Source: Squalus acanthias (Eukaryota). From it: 64,000 bases of DNA. Under the pieces are notes generated by a model. That model searched no databases, had not been told where the DNA came from, and was given only the letters and a program-made list of their open reading frames with translations. The position numbers and the translations under genes are program-made. Shown piece by piece: positions 1 to 12,559 of this stretch (within the stretch, counting starts at the first letter, position 1; each line of letters opens with the position of its first letter). The stretch lies in assembly GCA_030390025.1 (NCBI GenBank), contig CM059433.1:8682001-8746000 (forward strand), read 5' to 3'.

Positions 1-1130
1 CCATTATAAAGTTTAAATTGAGCTCCGCACTGCAAAGATTGTGCTTTGTGTCAGGTGATGATCCAGCGAAAGCGGATCTCCTGCCTGATTGTACGTTCTG
101 TGCGAGCCGAGTCAAGCTGGAAAATACACCCCAGTTGAATACATCCCTGTTGAATAATAAAAGACCAGTGTTGTGCACAGGAACCCAAATGGCAACATGG
201 GTACAGTTCAGGACTCTGGGAAAGCCATCGATTCTGCAGAATTGTGTTGCCATCTCATGTTACTGTTGACAGAAGGGATGAAGTCATTGGTGCTGCTGAA
301 TAATGTATCGGTAACCTGCTTGATACATCAATAAGGTACTAAATTGACTGACACTGCAGATATCCCCGGTGTTAAAGAAAGACTTGCATTTATATAGCGC
401 CTTTCACAACCACCGGACATCTCAAAGCGCTTTACAGCCAATGAAGTACTTTTGAAGTATAGTCACTGTTGTAATGTGGGAAACGCAGCAGCCAATTTGC
501 ACACAGCAAGCTCCCACAAACAGCAATGTGATAATGACCAGATATTCTGTTTTTGTTATGTTGGTTGAGGGATAAATATTGGCCAGGACACTGAGGATAA
601 CTCCCCTGCTCCTCTTCGAAATAATGCCTTGGGATCTTTTACATCCAACTGAGAGAGCAGACGGGGCCTCGGTTTAACATCTCATCCAAAAGACGGCACC
701 TCCAACAGTGCAGCACTCCCTCAGCACTGCATTGGGAGTGTCAGCCTAGCTTTATGTGCTCAAGTCCCTGGAGTGGGGACTGTTGAACCCACAACCTTCT
801 GACTCAAGAGGCGAGTGTGCTACCCACTGAGCCACAGCTGACACTTAAAACAGCCCGAAGCATAAAAATTGAGGGCCATTCTGACAACTGCCGGCCACTG
901 TGTCTTCCTGAAGGACATGCCACAGCTCTGTCAATGCTCCCTGCTAAATCTTAACCTCCTTCGGCACATTTCTACAGTCTTTAACAAGTGGCTGTGCCTG
1001 GTTAAGGAGCCCTGCTGTGCATCTGGTGCTACTTGACATCACGAGCAGCCCTTTCCTGCTCTTGCTCATCCTCCTCTGTTAAGTTCAGTGCTAGCGGAGC
1101 AGCGAATACAGTCGCCGTACTGTGCGAAAA
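1..1130 (-). pseudogene. Decayed PIF/Harbinger (HARBI1-like) DDE transposase, split by a SINE
   Basis: Manual minus-strand translation across frameshifts gives EMCRRRLRFSRE..TELWHVLQED..MALNFYASGCF (about 850-975) and TGDICSVSQF..IKQVTDTLF..GFPRVL..CTHVAI (about 180-372). These are colinear with Harbinger transposase N-terminal and first catalytic motifs. Confidence 0.75.
375..844 (-). mobile_element. tRNA-derived DeuSINE (SacSINE1-like), full length
   Basis: tRNA-like head (GTGGCTCAGTGGGTAGC...GGTTC), Deu-type core (GGAGGTGCCGTCTTT..GATGAGA..TTAAACCGAGGCCCCG) and tail AAAGGCGCTATATAAATGCAAGTCTTTC. Seven copies occur in the window. Confidence 0.9.
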
Positions 1131-2502
1131 CCTAGAATGTGGAAATGAAAGTGTGCAGCAGCTGATTTATAAACGAAGGTGCCAGCTCTCCCACTGCTGC
1201 CTCTCCGGTGCCACATGTTCCACCTGAGAGAGAGTAATGCATTGAACCAGCGATCCACTACTGTTGCAATATGGGGAACTTCATTCTACAGTGCCCAATG
1301 TTAATTGATTATTGGAGCACCAATATGCCATGCTTCCATGAAGTACTTCATTGGAGTAACAACGAATTGAAATGCAATGCCATCATTCTCATACCATTGC
1401 ACAGTTCTGTCTTAGCGTGTTTCATTCGGGCAGCACTGCACGGCGCCCCACCTCACCACATGTTCCTTGATGTTACCATGCTACCGCCAAAATGGCCCGT
1501 TCTTGCATTCTACCATTGTGGTCCAAGCTGGCAGCCTCCTCGAGGGGTAGCAGCCCAGGTAACGATGTTACAAGTCATTCAGTCGGACTCAGATTCATTG
1601 ATCTGCATAAAAACGCCAACATCAGCATCACTGTTGGCCCTGACGTTTTTTTTTTAAACTTTAATGAGCAAACTCATTGTAAAAGTTTGCCGCGCAGCAT
1701 CTGGAAGGGGCAGGGAAATACTCCAGTGGTCAACATGGCAGAATTTCAACTGCATTTTCAAAGCAGATTATTTTTGGCTGTTCCAAGAACTTAGTTTGGG
1801 CCAAATCCCAATATGGTGACATTGGGATTTAGAGGCTCTGAAATGCCGAGCGATTCTGGCGTGCAACCCAAAATAATATGTATTCAGAAGAGTCTGGCAA
1901 TGATAACGTTATTGTTAAGTGTTATCATTGCTTTGTCTTGCATGCATCTAAAAGCTGAAATTAGGTAGAAGGGAAGGTGAGCGGAGAGGAAAGTTCTTTT
2001 AAATGCAGTTTCTTTCCTCTCTCGATCATCGGCTGTGCTGGGGCCAGACGTGCAAACCCCTCAGCAGAATAGCACTGGGAGTTGGACCTTTGCCCTGCTG
2101 CATAAACAGGAATTCCATACCGTCGCTACGTGGCAACCCAAGAAATCGGCAAGAACTGACTGACGGCTTCAGAAAAAAAAGCTGACATTGCCTCTGACAA
2201 ACGAACAGACCGAAAAAACATCCGAAAGATAGGCCTTTTGAACAGAAGTGCAGTGGAACATTGGCTTGTCATAACCTAAGCTGCAAGTGTACCTAATATC
2301 CCATCACTTTCACTGCAGGAGAAAAAGAAAAACTTTAAGTACATAAAAGTGTGGCTTGTAACAGTGAAGGATTTATAACTTATTGGAAGGAGGTGCCAGT
2401 GCTGACCACATGATATTATTTACCCGGGGTTCCTAGCGACGGCCTCAGAAAATGTTGATTTTGATAACATTTTTTTGTTGCGTTTTCCGACGTTTTGGCG
2501 CC

Positions 2503-3140
2503 TTTTTTTTTATTCGTTTCTTTATGGGATGTGGGCGTCGCTGGCAAGGCCAGCATTTACTGCCCATCCCTAGTTGCCCTCGAGAAGGTGGTGGTGAGCC
2601 GCCTTCTTGAACCGCTGCAGTCCGTGTGGTGAAGGTGCTCCCACAGTGCTGTTAGGGAGGGAATTCCAGGATTTTGACCCAGCGACGATGAAGGATCAGC
2701 GATATACTTCGAAGTCAGGATGGTGTGTGACTTTGGAGGGGAACTTGGTGATGCTGGTGTTCCCATGCGCCTGCTGCCCTTGTCCTTCTAGGTGGAAGAG
2801 GTCTCGGGTTTGGGAGGTGCTGCCGAAGAAGCCTTGGCGAGTTGCTGCAGTGCATCTTGTAGATGGTACACACTGCAGCCACGGTACGCCGGTGGTGGAG
2901 GAGTGAACGTTTAAGGTGGTGGATGGGGTGCCGATCAAGCGGGCTGCTTTGTCTTGGATGGTGTCGAGCTTCTTGAGTGTTGTTGGAGCTGCACTCATCC
3001 AGGCAGTGGAGAGTATTCTGTCACACTCCTGACTTGTGCCTTGTAGATGGTGGAAAGGCTTTGGGGAGTCAGGAGGTGAGACACTCGCCGCAGAATACCC
3101 AGCCTCTGACCTGCTCTTGTTGCCACAGTATTTATGTGGC
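2503..3140 (-). mobile_element. LINE-B (CR1/L2-group non-LTR retrotransposon) 3' fragment
   Basis: ORFs HINTVATRAGQRLGILRR.. and MSAAPTTLKKLDTIQDKAARLI match 44951-45883; same 3' tail plus poly(A). Confidence 0.9.
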
Positions 3141-3569
3141 CTACTGTAATTCTGCCCGTCAAGAGAAAAGCGTCTCCTTGAACCGTCACAGATATTTTAA
3201 ATAAGACAACGAACATAAAAGTATTTCTACAGAATTCAATACAACTTTGCAGGGCCCATTAAATCTGATCCCAGATATATCAAGCTCGTTTACAAACTGG
3301 GACCTTTCACAGCAGACACCTACAGTGATCCCACGCAGCAGTGCTTTCTACATGCGCAAAGCACATTCACCCACTCTTACATCTGTCCCTGTCCCCGACC
3401 CCATGGCAGGCTTGAAGCAGGCATGGCGTTCGTTGGATTGAGGGTGTGCTGATTCAGCTACTTGACAAAAATAACTTTTAATTTTAAAATAGTTTCAGGA
3501 AGGACGAGCGTGAGTTGAAATAAACCCATAGAATCTGGTTCTGTTGCAGAGTCGCGTCCAAAGCATTAA

Positions 3570-4235
3570 GGGGGAAATATTCAGTTGCTTTGCGCCTCCC
3601 GTTAGCGTCCTCTTCGGGCGTTAATGGGGCGCAAAGCAACCAGCGCCCAGGGCGCGGCGCCGCCAACAACTCCTGCGAAATTCAGCGGGAGGATAGCGGC
3701 GGCGGTAACCGGTAGCGCCCCACGGCGCTTCGCCGCCGGTGATGACGTCGTCGCCGTGCGCAGCGCCCCACTCGCGCTCCCGGCCGCGATCTTCGGGAGC
3801 GCCCCCCGACTTACTGCCGGATGCTATGTCCGACGGAGTCAGGGGGAGCCTACTTGCGGCCGGGGAGGCGCTATTGAAAGGCGAGGTGCGGGGCGGCCAT
3901 TTTTGTTGCTGGCCACCTGCCAGCACCTGCCTCCGCTCCCGTCCCCGGCCTCCTGACCCGCCCCCCCCCGCAGAGTGCCAGCTGCGCTCCATGAGCCCGG
4001 CACTTCTCTTGAATGCCGGGCTCTTTTGCCAGCACTCCCGATCCCCGGGGAGCCCAGTTGGGCCCCGGGTTGCGCTGCGAAGAGGAGGAAGGCCTGCAAT
4101 ACCGCGGTGCGACGTGCCACAGCGCCATGTAGCGCTGCGATATTCCCTCGCAGCGCCCCAAGAGGGAGGCGGGACTAAAAGTAACGCCCCGGCGAAGTTA
4201 GCGCCCCAAAGTGGGCGCTACTCAATTTTTAGCCC
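3570..4235. mobile_element. CpG-rich Harbinger-type MITE
   Basis: Imperfect TIR GGGGGAAATATT / AATTTTTAGCCC. TAA is duplicated at 3567-3569 and 4236-4238, the canonical PIF/Harbinger TSD. Confidence 0.8.
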
Positions 4236-4378
4236 TAAACATTTTCGATGCCGATCAGACTACTGTGCGCTTCAAACATTTTCCTGCACGTGAGACTACA
4301 GAAGTTACAAGCTGGTGATAAGAGCAGACAAATGTTTAAGACGCATTGGAGCACAATGGCTGAACTAATTATAATAAA

Positions 4379-4746
4379 TCGCCCCTCCCTATCTCTGTAA
4401 CCTCCTCCAGCCCCACAACCCCCCGAGATATCTGCGCTCCTCTAATTCTGCCCTCCTGAGGATCCCTCATTATAATCGCTCAACCTTTGGTGGCCGTGCC
4501 TTCTGTTGCCTAGGCCCTAAGCTCTGGAATTCCCTGCCTAAACCTCTCCGCCTCGCTACCTCTCTTTCCTCCTTTAAGACGCTCCTTAAAACCTACCTCT
4601 CTGACCAAGCTTTTGGTCACCTGCCCTAATTTATCCTTATGTGGCTCGGTGTCAAATCTTTTTGTCTTAAAATACTCCTGTGCAGCGCCTTGGGAGGTTT
4701 TACTACGTTAAAGGCGCTATATAAATGCAAGTTGTTGTTGTTGTTG
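4379..4746 (+). mobile_element. L2-type LINE 3' end
   Basis: Reverse complement of 58421-58780; ends AAAGGCGCTATATAAATGCAA(GTT)n. Confidence 0.88.
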
Positions 4747-5233
4747 TCAATGAATTAGAGCCCACCATTAAAATAACAGAGAGGGGAAAGTCATTCAGAT
4801 CTGTTAAGCATTCATCTGCTTCATCGCCAGCAGTCATTTCTGACCTATATTGCTCTTTCGGCTCTGTCGACAGGTTTATTTTCTTGCAGGTGATGTACCA
4901 AAAGATGGTTTGCAGGAGAGTGGAACTGAATGTTGCCCTTTCAGGAACTGCCTCCAAATCTGAGCTTTGTAACACTTTCATTGATTGCTGATTTCACTCC
5001 TGACACTTCCCGGTGGACACTGACCCCTCTCTTACAGATGGTGCGGCCTCCCTGCCTGGTTACATCCTAGTAAAGAAAGGGACCTCCACCACAAGCGTGT
5101 AAGCAAACTGAAAACTCCTTTGAAAGTTAGATTTGGGCCAGGGTTCCTACTCGCGCCCGCCCCCGCCCGAACCGAGGGGCCCGAGGATTGATGGAGATTG
5201 TTCCTCGGGCATCGTCAGCGTGAGCTGTTGGCC

Positions 5234-5644
5234 TTAGAGCAGAGAAGGCTGAGGGGGGGGACCTGATTGAGTGTACAAAATTATGAGGGGCATAGATAGG
5301 GTAGATAGAAAGGAACTTTTCCCCTTAGTAGAGGGGTCAATAACCAGGGGGCATAGTTTCAAGGTAAGAGGCAGGAGGTTTACAGGGGATTTGAGGAAAA
5401 ACTTTTTCACCCAGAGGGTGGTTGGAATCTGGAACTCACTGCCTGAAAGGGTGGTAGAGGCAGGAACCCTCACAACATTCAAGAAGCATTTAGATGAGCA
5501 CTTGAAACGCCATAGCATACAAGGTTACGGACCAAGTGCTGGAAAATGGGATTAAAATAGACAGGGCTTGATGGCCGACGCGGACACGATGGGCCGAAGG
5601 GCCTCTTTCTGTGCTGTATAACTCTATGACTCTATGACTCTATG
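5234..5644 (+). mobile_element. CR1 LINE 3' end
   Basis: YKIMRGIDRV..RKNFFTQRVVGIWNSLP (CR1 ORF2 C-terminus) and (ACTCTATG)n tail. Confidence 0.9.
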
Positions 5645-5947
5645 GTCTCGTCCCCACAGGCAGTTCGCCCGAGCGAGGACATCGATGGCAGGCTGCTTGC
5701 CGCACCGGCAGCGGCCCTCAGGTAAGCCCTGGGCTTGTGGGGTTGAAACGGGCTATGGGGCGGGGAACGGTGGGGGGGGGATGAAGGAATGGTGAAGGCA
5801 GTAAAAATCTCATCTGGTCCGTCATCTTCCTATTGCTGCTTTACTCACTCTTTATCTCTTCTTCTGTTTCTCTCTGGCTCATCTTCTGGTTCTCACTCCA
5901 TCTTTCTTGTCTGTTCCGCATCTTTCTCTGTGGTCCTGTGCTTCTGC

Positions 5948-5950
<3 letters not shown>

Positions 5951-5983
<33 letters not shown>
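5951..5983. repeat. (TC)n microsatellite within a pyrimidine-rich tract
   Basis: Direct reading. Confidence 0.95.
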
Positions 5984-5988
<5 letters not shown>

Positions 5989-6165
5989 ATCTCTTCTGTT
6001 CTCTCTGTTCTTACGTTTCTCCGTACGTCTCTTCCTCGCCCTGTGCTCTTCTATGTCTGTTGTTTTCTTTTTCATGTGGGCCAGGTCATCTTATTAGGTC
6101 AGTGGTGGGAGGGCTTTGGTCCAGGCGGACGGGACATGGCGGAGGTTGGGTCCTCGGTGGCGTTA

Positions 6166-6447
6166 GAACATAAGACCATAAGAAATAGGAGCAGGAGTCG
6201 GCCACTTGGCCCCTCGAGCCTGCTCCGCCATTCAATAAGATCATGGCTGATCTTGGGCTCAAAGCCACTTCCCCGCCCGCTCCCCATAACCCTTCACTCC
6301 CTTATCTTGCAAAAATCTGTCTATCTCGACCTTAAATGTATTTAATGACCCAGCCTCCACAGCTCTCTGGGGCAGAGAATTCCACAGATTTACGACCCTC
6401 TGAGAGAAAAAATTCCTCCTCCTCATCTCAGTTCTAAAAGGGTGACC
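6166..6447 (-). mobile_element. CR1/HER1-like LINE 3' end
   Basis: FRTEMRRRNFFSQRVVNLWNSLPQ and the 3' tail shared with 34125-36915. Confidence 0.9.
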
Positions 6448-6882
6448 CAAGGGATCCAGCTAGGTTCCCCAGGCAGGAGGTGGAGGGTTACCAGTGGGGA
6501 AAAGGGTCCAGCACGGAGCTGTGGTATCACAGAATGTGGAGGGTGCTGGGTCACCTTTGGTGGTGGGGAGGCGGGGTGTGGGGGAACCTGGCCAAGGCCA
6601 GAGGCTGGGTTTCGGGTCACAGATGCAAAGAAATAATGGGCCAAGCTCGAAGGCCAGGATCGCAGAGGCAGAGCAGCAGCACAGTGAAGCAGGGGGCACT
6701 GAGGAGCGCCACCTCACAGTGCCACCTAGCTAAAGGAGGACTAAAAGGCCAGTATGGCGGTATGTGGGCTTTTACTGCCTAAAACTAACACCCAGGCATG
6801 AAAGAAGTAGCGTGACAGCATGACAACCAAATTGTGCCCCGGAAAATAAGTGCGGCAAAGAGTCTCAAAACGTTTAATATAA

Positions 6883-7645
6883 GGGCCAAAAATTCGGCTC
6901 TTGCCGGGTGAGTACGCGCTGTGTACTCACCCGTAAGGCGTCCCGAAGTGTCGGTTTCCTGCATGCACTGCGCATGCGCGGGAAACCGGAACTTCCGGTC
7001 TGGTGAAGGGAGGGGTTCAGAGGTGAACCGCGTGCGCGGTAGAGGCTGCGCGCACGCAGCACACTTAGGGTTTTTTTCAGGTTTCTCCGGGAGGGTAAGT
7101 ATTGAAGAACCTACGCTTTTAAAAAGGAGGCGCAGGACCCATTTTCAACAAGGTAAGTGGTTAATTAATTATAATTTGAAAATTTTTTCAACAGGTTTAT
7201 CTTTTTTAGATACTTTAAAGAAAGGTAAGTTTATTTTTAGCACTGTTAAAAAGTATTTTAATTTTTTCTAAAATTTAATTTTTGGTTTAAAGTAGTTAAT
7301 TTATTTAACTTATAGTTATTTTATAAATGTGAAGATTTTTTTAAAATTTATTTGAAGTTTAGGTGTTGTTTTGGGGCTGATTTCAATTCACAGATTTGAC
7401 AGCTCTTCCTGTCAAATCTATGAATGAAAGATGGTCTGCTGCCATTGGCTCTCCATGGCCCACGTGATCCCAGGGGACGCATCGCACTAACTGCGCCCCT
7501 GGGACACGCAAGCACTGCGCGCCGGCACTTGGAGCAGGCCCAGGAGCTGAAGTTCCCGTGGGCCCAGAGGTCAGCGGCAGGCGCAGTAGGTAAGTGCGCG
7601 CGATCCTTACCCCCGCGGCAAGCCGGAGAGGCGAATTTCACGGCC
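6883..7645. mobile_element. Harbinger-type MITE with GC-rich arms and AT-rich core
   Basis: Ends GGGCCAAAAATTCG / CGAATTTCACGGCC; architecture resembles 16414-17235; no clean TSD. Confidence 0.7.
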
Positions 7646-8641
7646 AATATGTTTACATAGATAAATCTATCAGCATATCATGGCCAGATAATTGAGGCAA
7701 TCACCACCCTTTTCACCAGCCAGGGTTCAAAGTGACTCTTACTTTGCTGTGAAAACGAGTTCCCCTTCACTTCTCCTTTGGGAGAACGGTGAGATGTTGC
7801 TGCGCTGTGTCCTGAACTCATGGGTTGTGAATCTGTAAATGAAGCTGTGGCTCATGCTTGACTCATTAAAGGTTCAGTTAAATATTTATCTGTGGGTCAA
7901 CAACGGGAAACGGAAGCAATTAGACAAGAGGGTCAGAAGAAGCAACCTTCCTTTTGTAATAATTACCCACCCACCTCCTGTCCTCATTCCCCGCCTCCTG
8001 TCCTCATTGTTCCCATTAGTTGTAAACCAATTCATCAGCCTTTTCAGCAAAAAGGATGTACACTTGAACTAAACTTTCATTTTTAGATCTGAAACCTCAA
8101 GTTCAGCGTGATCTCTGAAGACCTAGAAAAGTAACTGCACTGGTGATTCTAACCACAACCAAGGGAGTGAGGTCACTGGAATTTTTTTTTTGATTCATCC
8201 ACCACACAAATACTTTCAGAGAAATTACCACCTGTTTCTTTGTAGAGTGCTGCCCACGCTTGGTGACAGCTGGGCTTGGTGATCTGACAAAGCACAACAT
8301 GTTCAGGCAAGCGTGGATCCATCGATACCTGAGTCCCGGCCAAAGAGGAAGTAAGAACAGAAAGCCAATTACTGAAGAGTTGCTAAACAGACACCTGCAC
8401 AAGTGACTCATCAGTTTGGGACCATTTAAGTAACTTGACTCTCTTTACAGAGAGCAAACAGTTCACATGGGGCGGGAAGGTCTGGTTGCGTTGAACAAAT
8501 ATTTTGTTGATGTATTGTAACTATGAAGCCTTGTTGTTATCAAAAACGTAATTAAAACAGTGCTCCTGACATGCAACTTCTCCTTTCCAGAAGCATCCAT
8601 CAGCGTGGCTTATTCTCCGATAATGTCTGCGTTCTAAAGAT

Positions 8642-9113
8642 AGAAAGACTTGCATTTATATAGCGCCTTTCACGACCACTGGACATCCCAAAGACCTTTA
8701 CAGCCAATGAAGCACGTTTTTTGAAGTGTAGTCACTGTTGGAATGTAGGAAACGCGGCAGCCAATTTGCGCACAGCAAGCTCCCACAAACAGCAATGTGA
8801 TAATGACCAGATAATCTGTTTTTGTTATGTTAGTTGAGGGATAGCTATTGGCCCAGAATACCGGGGATAACTCCCCTGCTCTTCTTCAAAATAGTGCCAT
8901 GGGATCTTTTACGTCCACCTGAGAGAGCAGACGGGGCCTCAGTTTAACGTCTCATCCGAAAGACGGCACCTCCGACAGTGCAGCACTCCCTCAGCACTGC
9001 ACTGGGAGTGTCAGCCTAGATTTATGTGCTCAAGTCTCTGGAGTGGGGACTGTGAACCCACAACCTTCTGACTCAGAGCGCGAGTGCGCTACCCACTGAG
9101 CCACAGCTGACAC
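8642..9113 (-). mobile_element. DeuSINE, full length
   Basis: Near-identical to 375-844. Confidence 0.9.
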
Positions 9114-9116
9114 TAA

Positions 9117-9332
9117 GGGTCGTTTTACAAGGTCACGCGGCTGACAGAGAGTCTCAGCCACCGGCAGCGTATGACGGAATTTCAGGGCATGCTGCCCATG
9201 AATTTCTGACCATTTAATTGACTGGAAAACTGCGGGCAATGGACACCCTAATTTCTGCTTTAAACTGCTGGATGGCATGGCCCCCCCGCACCCCTACCCC
9301 GCCACGGTAGCAGCGACTCGTAAAATTACCCC
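9117..9332. mobile_element. Short Harbinger-type MITE
   Basis: TIR GGGTCGTTTTAC / GTAAAATTACCCC; TAA at 9114-9116 and 9333-9335. Confidence 0.72.
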
Positions 9333-9921
9333 TAATATCTCAACAGGCCATTCAACTCTTAGGTGTGTTCATTTTGCTATTAAATTACAAGGAGATTCCT
9401 TCATCAATGGACCCTTGGCGGGGAAGATTTCCTCTTGCGCATTGTAGGGCTGATCCAGCGATGGTGGTCTCCGCGGGCACACCCAATACATTGTGGGGGT
9501 TTTGGGTGCCCTCGTTAAACCGGGCAGGTAGGCGTTTTGTCAGGCAACAAATTCAGTAAAAGAACATTTTTTTCAAACTTTCTCGAAGCCTCGCGGTGAG
9601 CAGGCAAGAGCCTCATTGCAGCGCCGAGGGCGGAAGCTTCCTCGGAACAGCTCCCGCTTCACCACCGTAACTCCATCGGAGCCGTGTCAGAGACCCGGTT
9701 TCTGCAGGTAAACAGGGTTCCTGCAGCACCTCCGGCAGTGTTATGGCGGTGGAGCGGGAGCGTTACCAAGGAGACGCCGTTCTTCCTAACAGTAAACCCA
9801 TGCAAATCGGTCCCACACCAACATCTCCAATTCCTTTCACCTCTCATTCCACTGCTGTCGCTCGCTCACATAAAATGGACAATGCTGGGATTTACTGCTC
9901 TGCTCTTGGGGAGGGGCCATG

Positions 9922-10221
9922 ATGCGGAGATGCCGGTGTTGGACTGGGGTGGACAAAAGTGAGAAGTCGCACAACACCAGGTTATAGTCCAACAGTTTTA
10001 TTTGAAATCACAAGCTTTCGGAGCTGCTGCTCCTTCGTCATTATCACATTGCTGTTTGTGGGAGCTTGCTGTGCGCAAATTGGCTGCCGCGTTTCCTACA
10101 TTCCAGCAGTGACTCCACTTCAAAAAACGTACTTCACCTGACGAAGGAGCAGCAGCTCCGAAAGCTTGTGATTTCAAATAAAACTGTTGGACTATAACCT
10201 GGTGTTGTGCGACTTCTCACT
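9922..10221. mobile_element. Penelope-like family A terminal repeats in inverted orientation, enclosing a DeuSINE fragment
   Basis: 9958-10040 is inverted at 10139-10221. The interval 10037-10135 is DeuSINE 3' sequence (GTCATTATCACATTGCTGTTTGTGGGAGC..). Confidence 0.8.
10134..10171 (+). ncRNA. Minimal type I hammerhead ribozyme motif (family A)
   Basis: TCAC-CTGACGA-A-GGAGC agca GCTCC-GAAA-GC-T-T-GTGA: stem I, catalytic core, stem II and palindromic stem III. Confidence 0.8.
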
Positions 10222-10498
10222 TGGGGAGGGGGTTGGGGGGACGGCGGGGGGGGGGGGGGGGAAATACCTTCTTAAAGGTATGTTTGGCTGCTCACTATTT
10301 TATCTGAAGTTCTTGCTTTGCTTTTTTGAATATCTGCATTGTTCTTCTTCCATGACCTCCTGCTGGTGTCAAGTGCTTTGATTCAGCATTGCCAGCCTGT
10401 TTTTTTCCACAACTTTTATCCCACAACCCTTTTTTGCTGATAGTTGCAATTTCCACTCGCAGCAAGTAAATTGCTGAGCCCTGGCACATTCCGAGATT

Positions 10499-11790
10499 TT
10501 GAGAAGGGCGAGGGAGTTTGATTGGAGGTGCAATGCCAGTCGAGGTATTTGGTTCCCGGTCACCCTGGGCCCGGCAGCTACCCTGTGTAAACCGAGTCAC
10601 ACCTACCTGGATATGCCTGAAAAGACTTGCCCTCGGCATCTGTGCTTCATGAGAGAGGCTGATGTTCCAGACAACTTCCACCCCGGGAGCAGTTCGGCTT
10701 TCAGTTGTGAACGAAATGCCTGTGATACCGCATCCTTCCAAGCCGGCACCAGATCAGCCAGACTTCCTTGCACCAATGCATCGAACAAGAGACAAAACCC
10801 CTGTTTGTCAGGGGAAAACACTTTCATTGCGTTCCCCATGGGAAAGAGGCAGCAGCAGGAGAGGGCACTGCACTTTCACCAAGTGGCAGGATTCCCAGAA
10901 GTACAGGGCCTCATTGATGGCACACATGTGGCTATCCAGGCCCCTAACATAACATCATGTCCATACGTATAGAAAAGGTCTCCATTCCATTAATGGGCAG
11001 GAGGTTTCTAACCGCGCGTCCTGAATCACGGGGTTTGGTAGCACAGTGGTTATGTTACTGGACTAGTAACCCAGAGGGCTTAAAACTTCATCGGAACATA
11101 AATTCAAATCCCACTATGACAGCTGGGGAATTTAAATGCAGTTAATTAATCTGGAATAAAAAGCTAGTATGAGTAATGGTGACCCTGAAAACTGCCAGAT
11201 TTGTTGTAAAAACCCATCTGGTTCACTAATGTCCTTTAGGGAAGGAAATCTACTGTCCTTACCTGGTCTGGCCGATATGTGACTCCTGACCCACAGCAAT
11301 GTGGTTGACTTATAACTACCCTCTGAATTGACAGCTCACACACCACCTTCTCAAGGGATGGGCAATAAATGTTGGCCTTGCCAGCAATGCCCACATCCCG
11401 AGAATGAATTAAAAAAAGTGAATGAGCTGGTAGCAGCCACAATGCCTTCATTTTGCACCACACCACCATTATATGAAAGAGCAGGCAGACTCCACTGGTT
11501 ACTACTCGAGGACCGAGGAGGTACGCTGCAGCCTTGAATACTGATCCCCTTGAGAAGCGCATGATCCAATGCAGATACAGTCATGCTCATACTTCCACCC
11601 AGATTGCGGTGGAACATACCATTGTCGTGCTCAAGCATTGTTTGGACAGGTCAAGAGGGTCCTGTTCAATAGTCCTCACCAGATCTTCACCATCATGTGC
11701 TTCTGCTGCATGTTGCACACTATTCTTCATCCAGAGAGGAGTAAACATGAAGACAGAAAAGGAGGAGGAGGAACAAGAAATAACTGAAGG
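10499..11790 (+). pseudogene. Decayed Harbinger (HARBI1-like) transposase interrupted by a SINE
   Basis: QERALHFHQVAGFPEVQGLIDGTHVAIQAP before the SINE; RYSHAHTSTQIAVEHTIVVLKHCLDRS and CCMLH after it; frameshifts and stops. Confidence 0.85.
11030..11417 (+). mobile_element. tRNA-derived SINE with LINE-B 3' tail
   Basis: A-box-like TAGCACAGTGG and B-box-like ATTCAAATCCC. Tail CACCACCTTCTCAAGGG..ATGGGCAATAAATGTTGGCCTTGCCAGC..CCCACATCCC matches 45940-46010; ends in an A-run. Confidence 0.85.
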
Positions 11791-12074
11791 CAATTTGCAG
11801 CCCGAAATGACTGATGCACCAATCATTGATTGATAGCACTTCCACCTAAAATCTGTAATTCAGCCCCTGCATGAACAGTCCTTTCTATTAAGTACAATAC
11901 GGTGACCCTATGAACAGCATATCCACCATTACAATCAACTGTACCTAAATCGCATATGTACCCATCACTTGCTGCCTTAATATGCCCCTTACATTTCCCA
12001 ATTTTCCCATGGTAGGTATTGTAATTAGTGTTCACTCACTTTGAGATACACAAATGGTATATGTAGTTTCAATA

Positions 12075-12549
12075 GTGTCAGCTGTGGCTCAGTGGGTAGC
12101 ATATTCACCTCTAAGTCAGAAGGTTGTGGGTTCAAGTCTCGCTCCTGGGACTTGAGTACCTAAAGCTAGGCTGACACTCCCAGTGCAGTGCTGAGGGAGT
12201 GCTACACTGTTGGAGGTGCCGTCTTTCAGATGAGACGTTAAACCAAGGCTCCCATCTGCCCTCTCAGGTGGACGTAAAAGATCCCCATGGGTACTATTTT
12301 GAAGATGAGCAGGGGAGTTATCCCCGGTGTCCTGGGGCCAATATTTATCCCTCAATCAACATAACAAAAACAGATTATCCGGTCATTATCACATCGCTGT
12401 TTGTGGGAGCTTGCTGTGCGCAAATTGGCTGCTGTGTTTTCCACATTCCAACAGTGACTCCACTTCAAAAGTACTTCATTGGCTGTAAAGCGCTTTGAGA
12501 CGTCTGGTGGTCGTGAAAGGCGCTATAGAAATGCAAGTCTTTCTTTCTT
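12075..12549 (+). mobile_element. DeuSINE, full length
   Basis: Same head, core and tail as the other copies. Confidence 0.9.
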
Positions 12550-12559
12550 AGAGACAATA

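Noticed and set aside
1031..1131. Apparent terminal exon FSHSTATVFAAPLALNLTEEDEQEQERAARDVK* on the minus strand
   Set aside because: Runs directly into Harbinger transposase motifs, so it is part of the transposon relic.
3570..4293. CpG-island promoter or first exon with several overlapping ORFs
   Set aside because: Bounded by TIRs and a TAA TSD; the ORFs follow from high GC content.
5789..6100. Hydrophobic ORF on + and charged peptide on -
   Set aside because: Low-complexity pyrimidine/purine tract with several in-frame stops on the minus strand.
10499..10972. Domesticated HARBI1 gene
   Set aside because: Frameshifts, stops, a deletion and a SINE insertion make it a dead transposon copy.
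12075..12150. tRNA gene-like sequence (also at 18215, 19410 and 56111)
   Set aside because: These are SINE heads continuing into SINE bodies.
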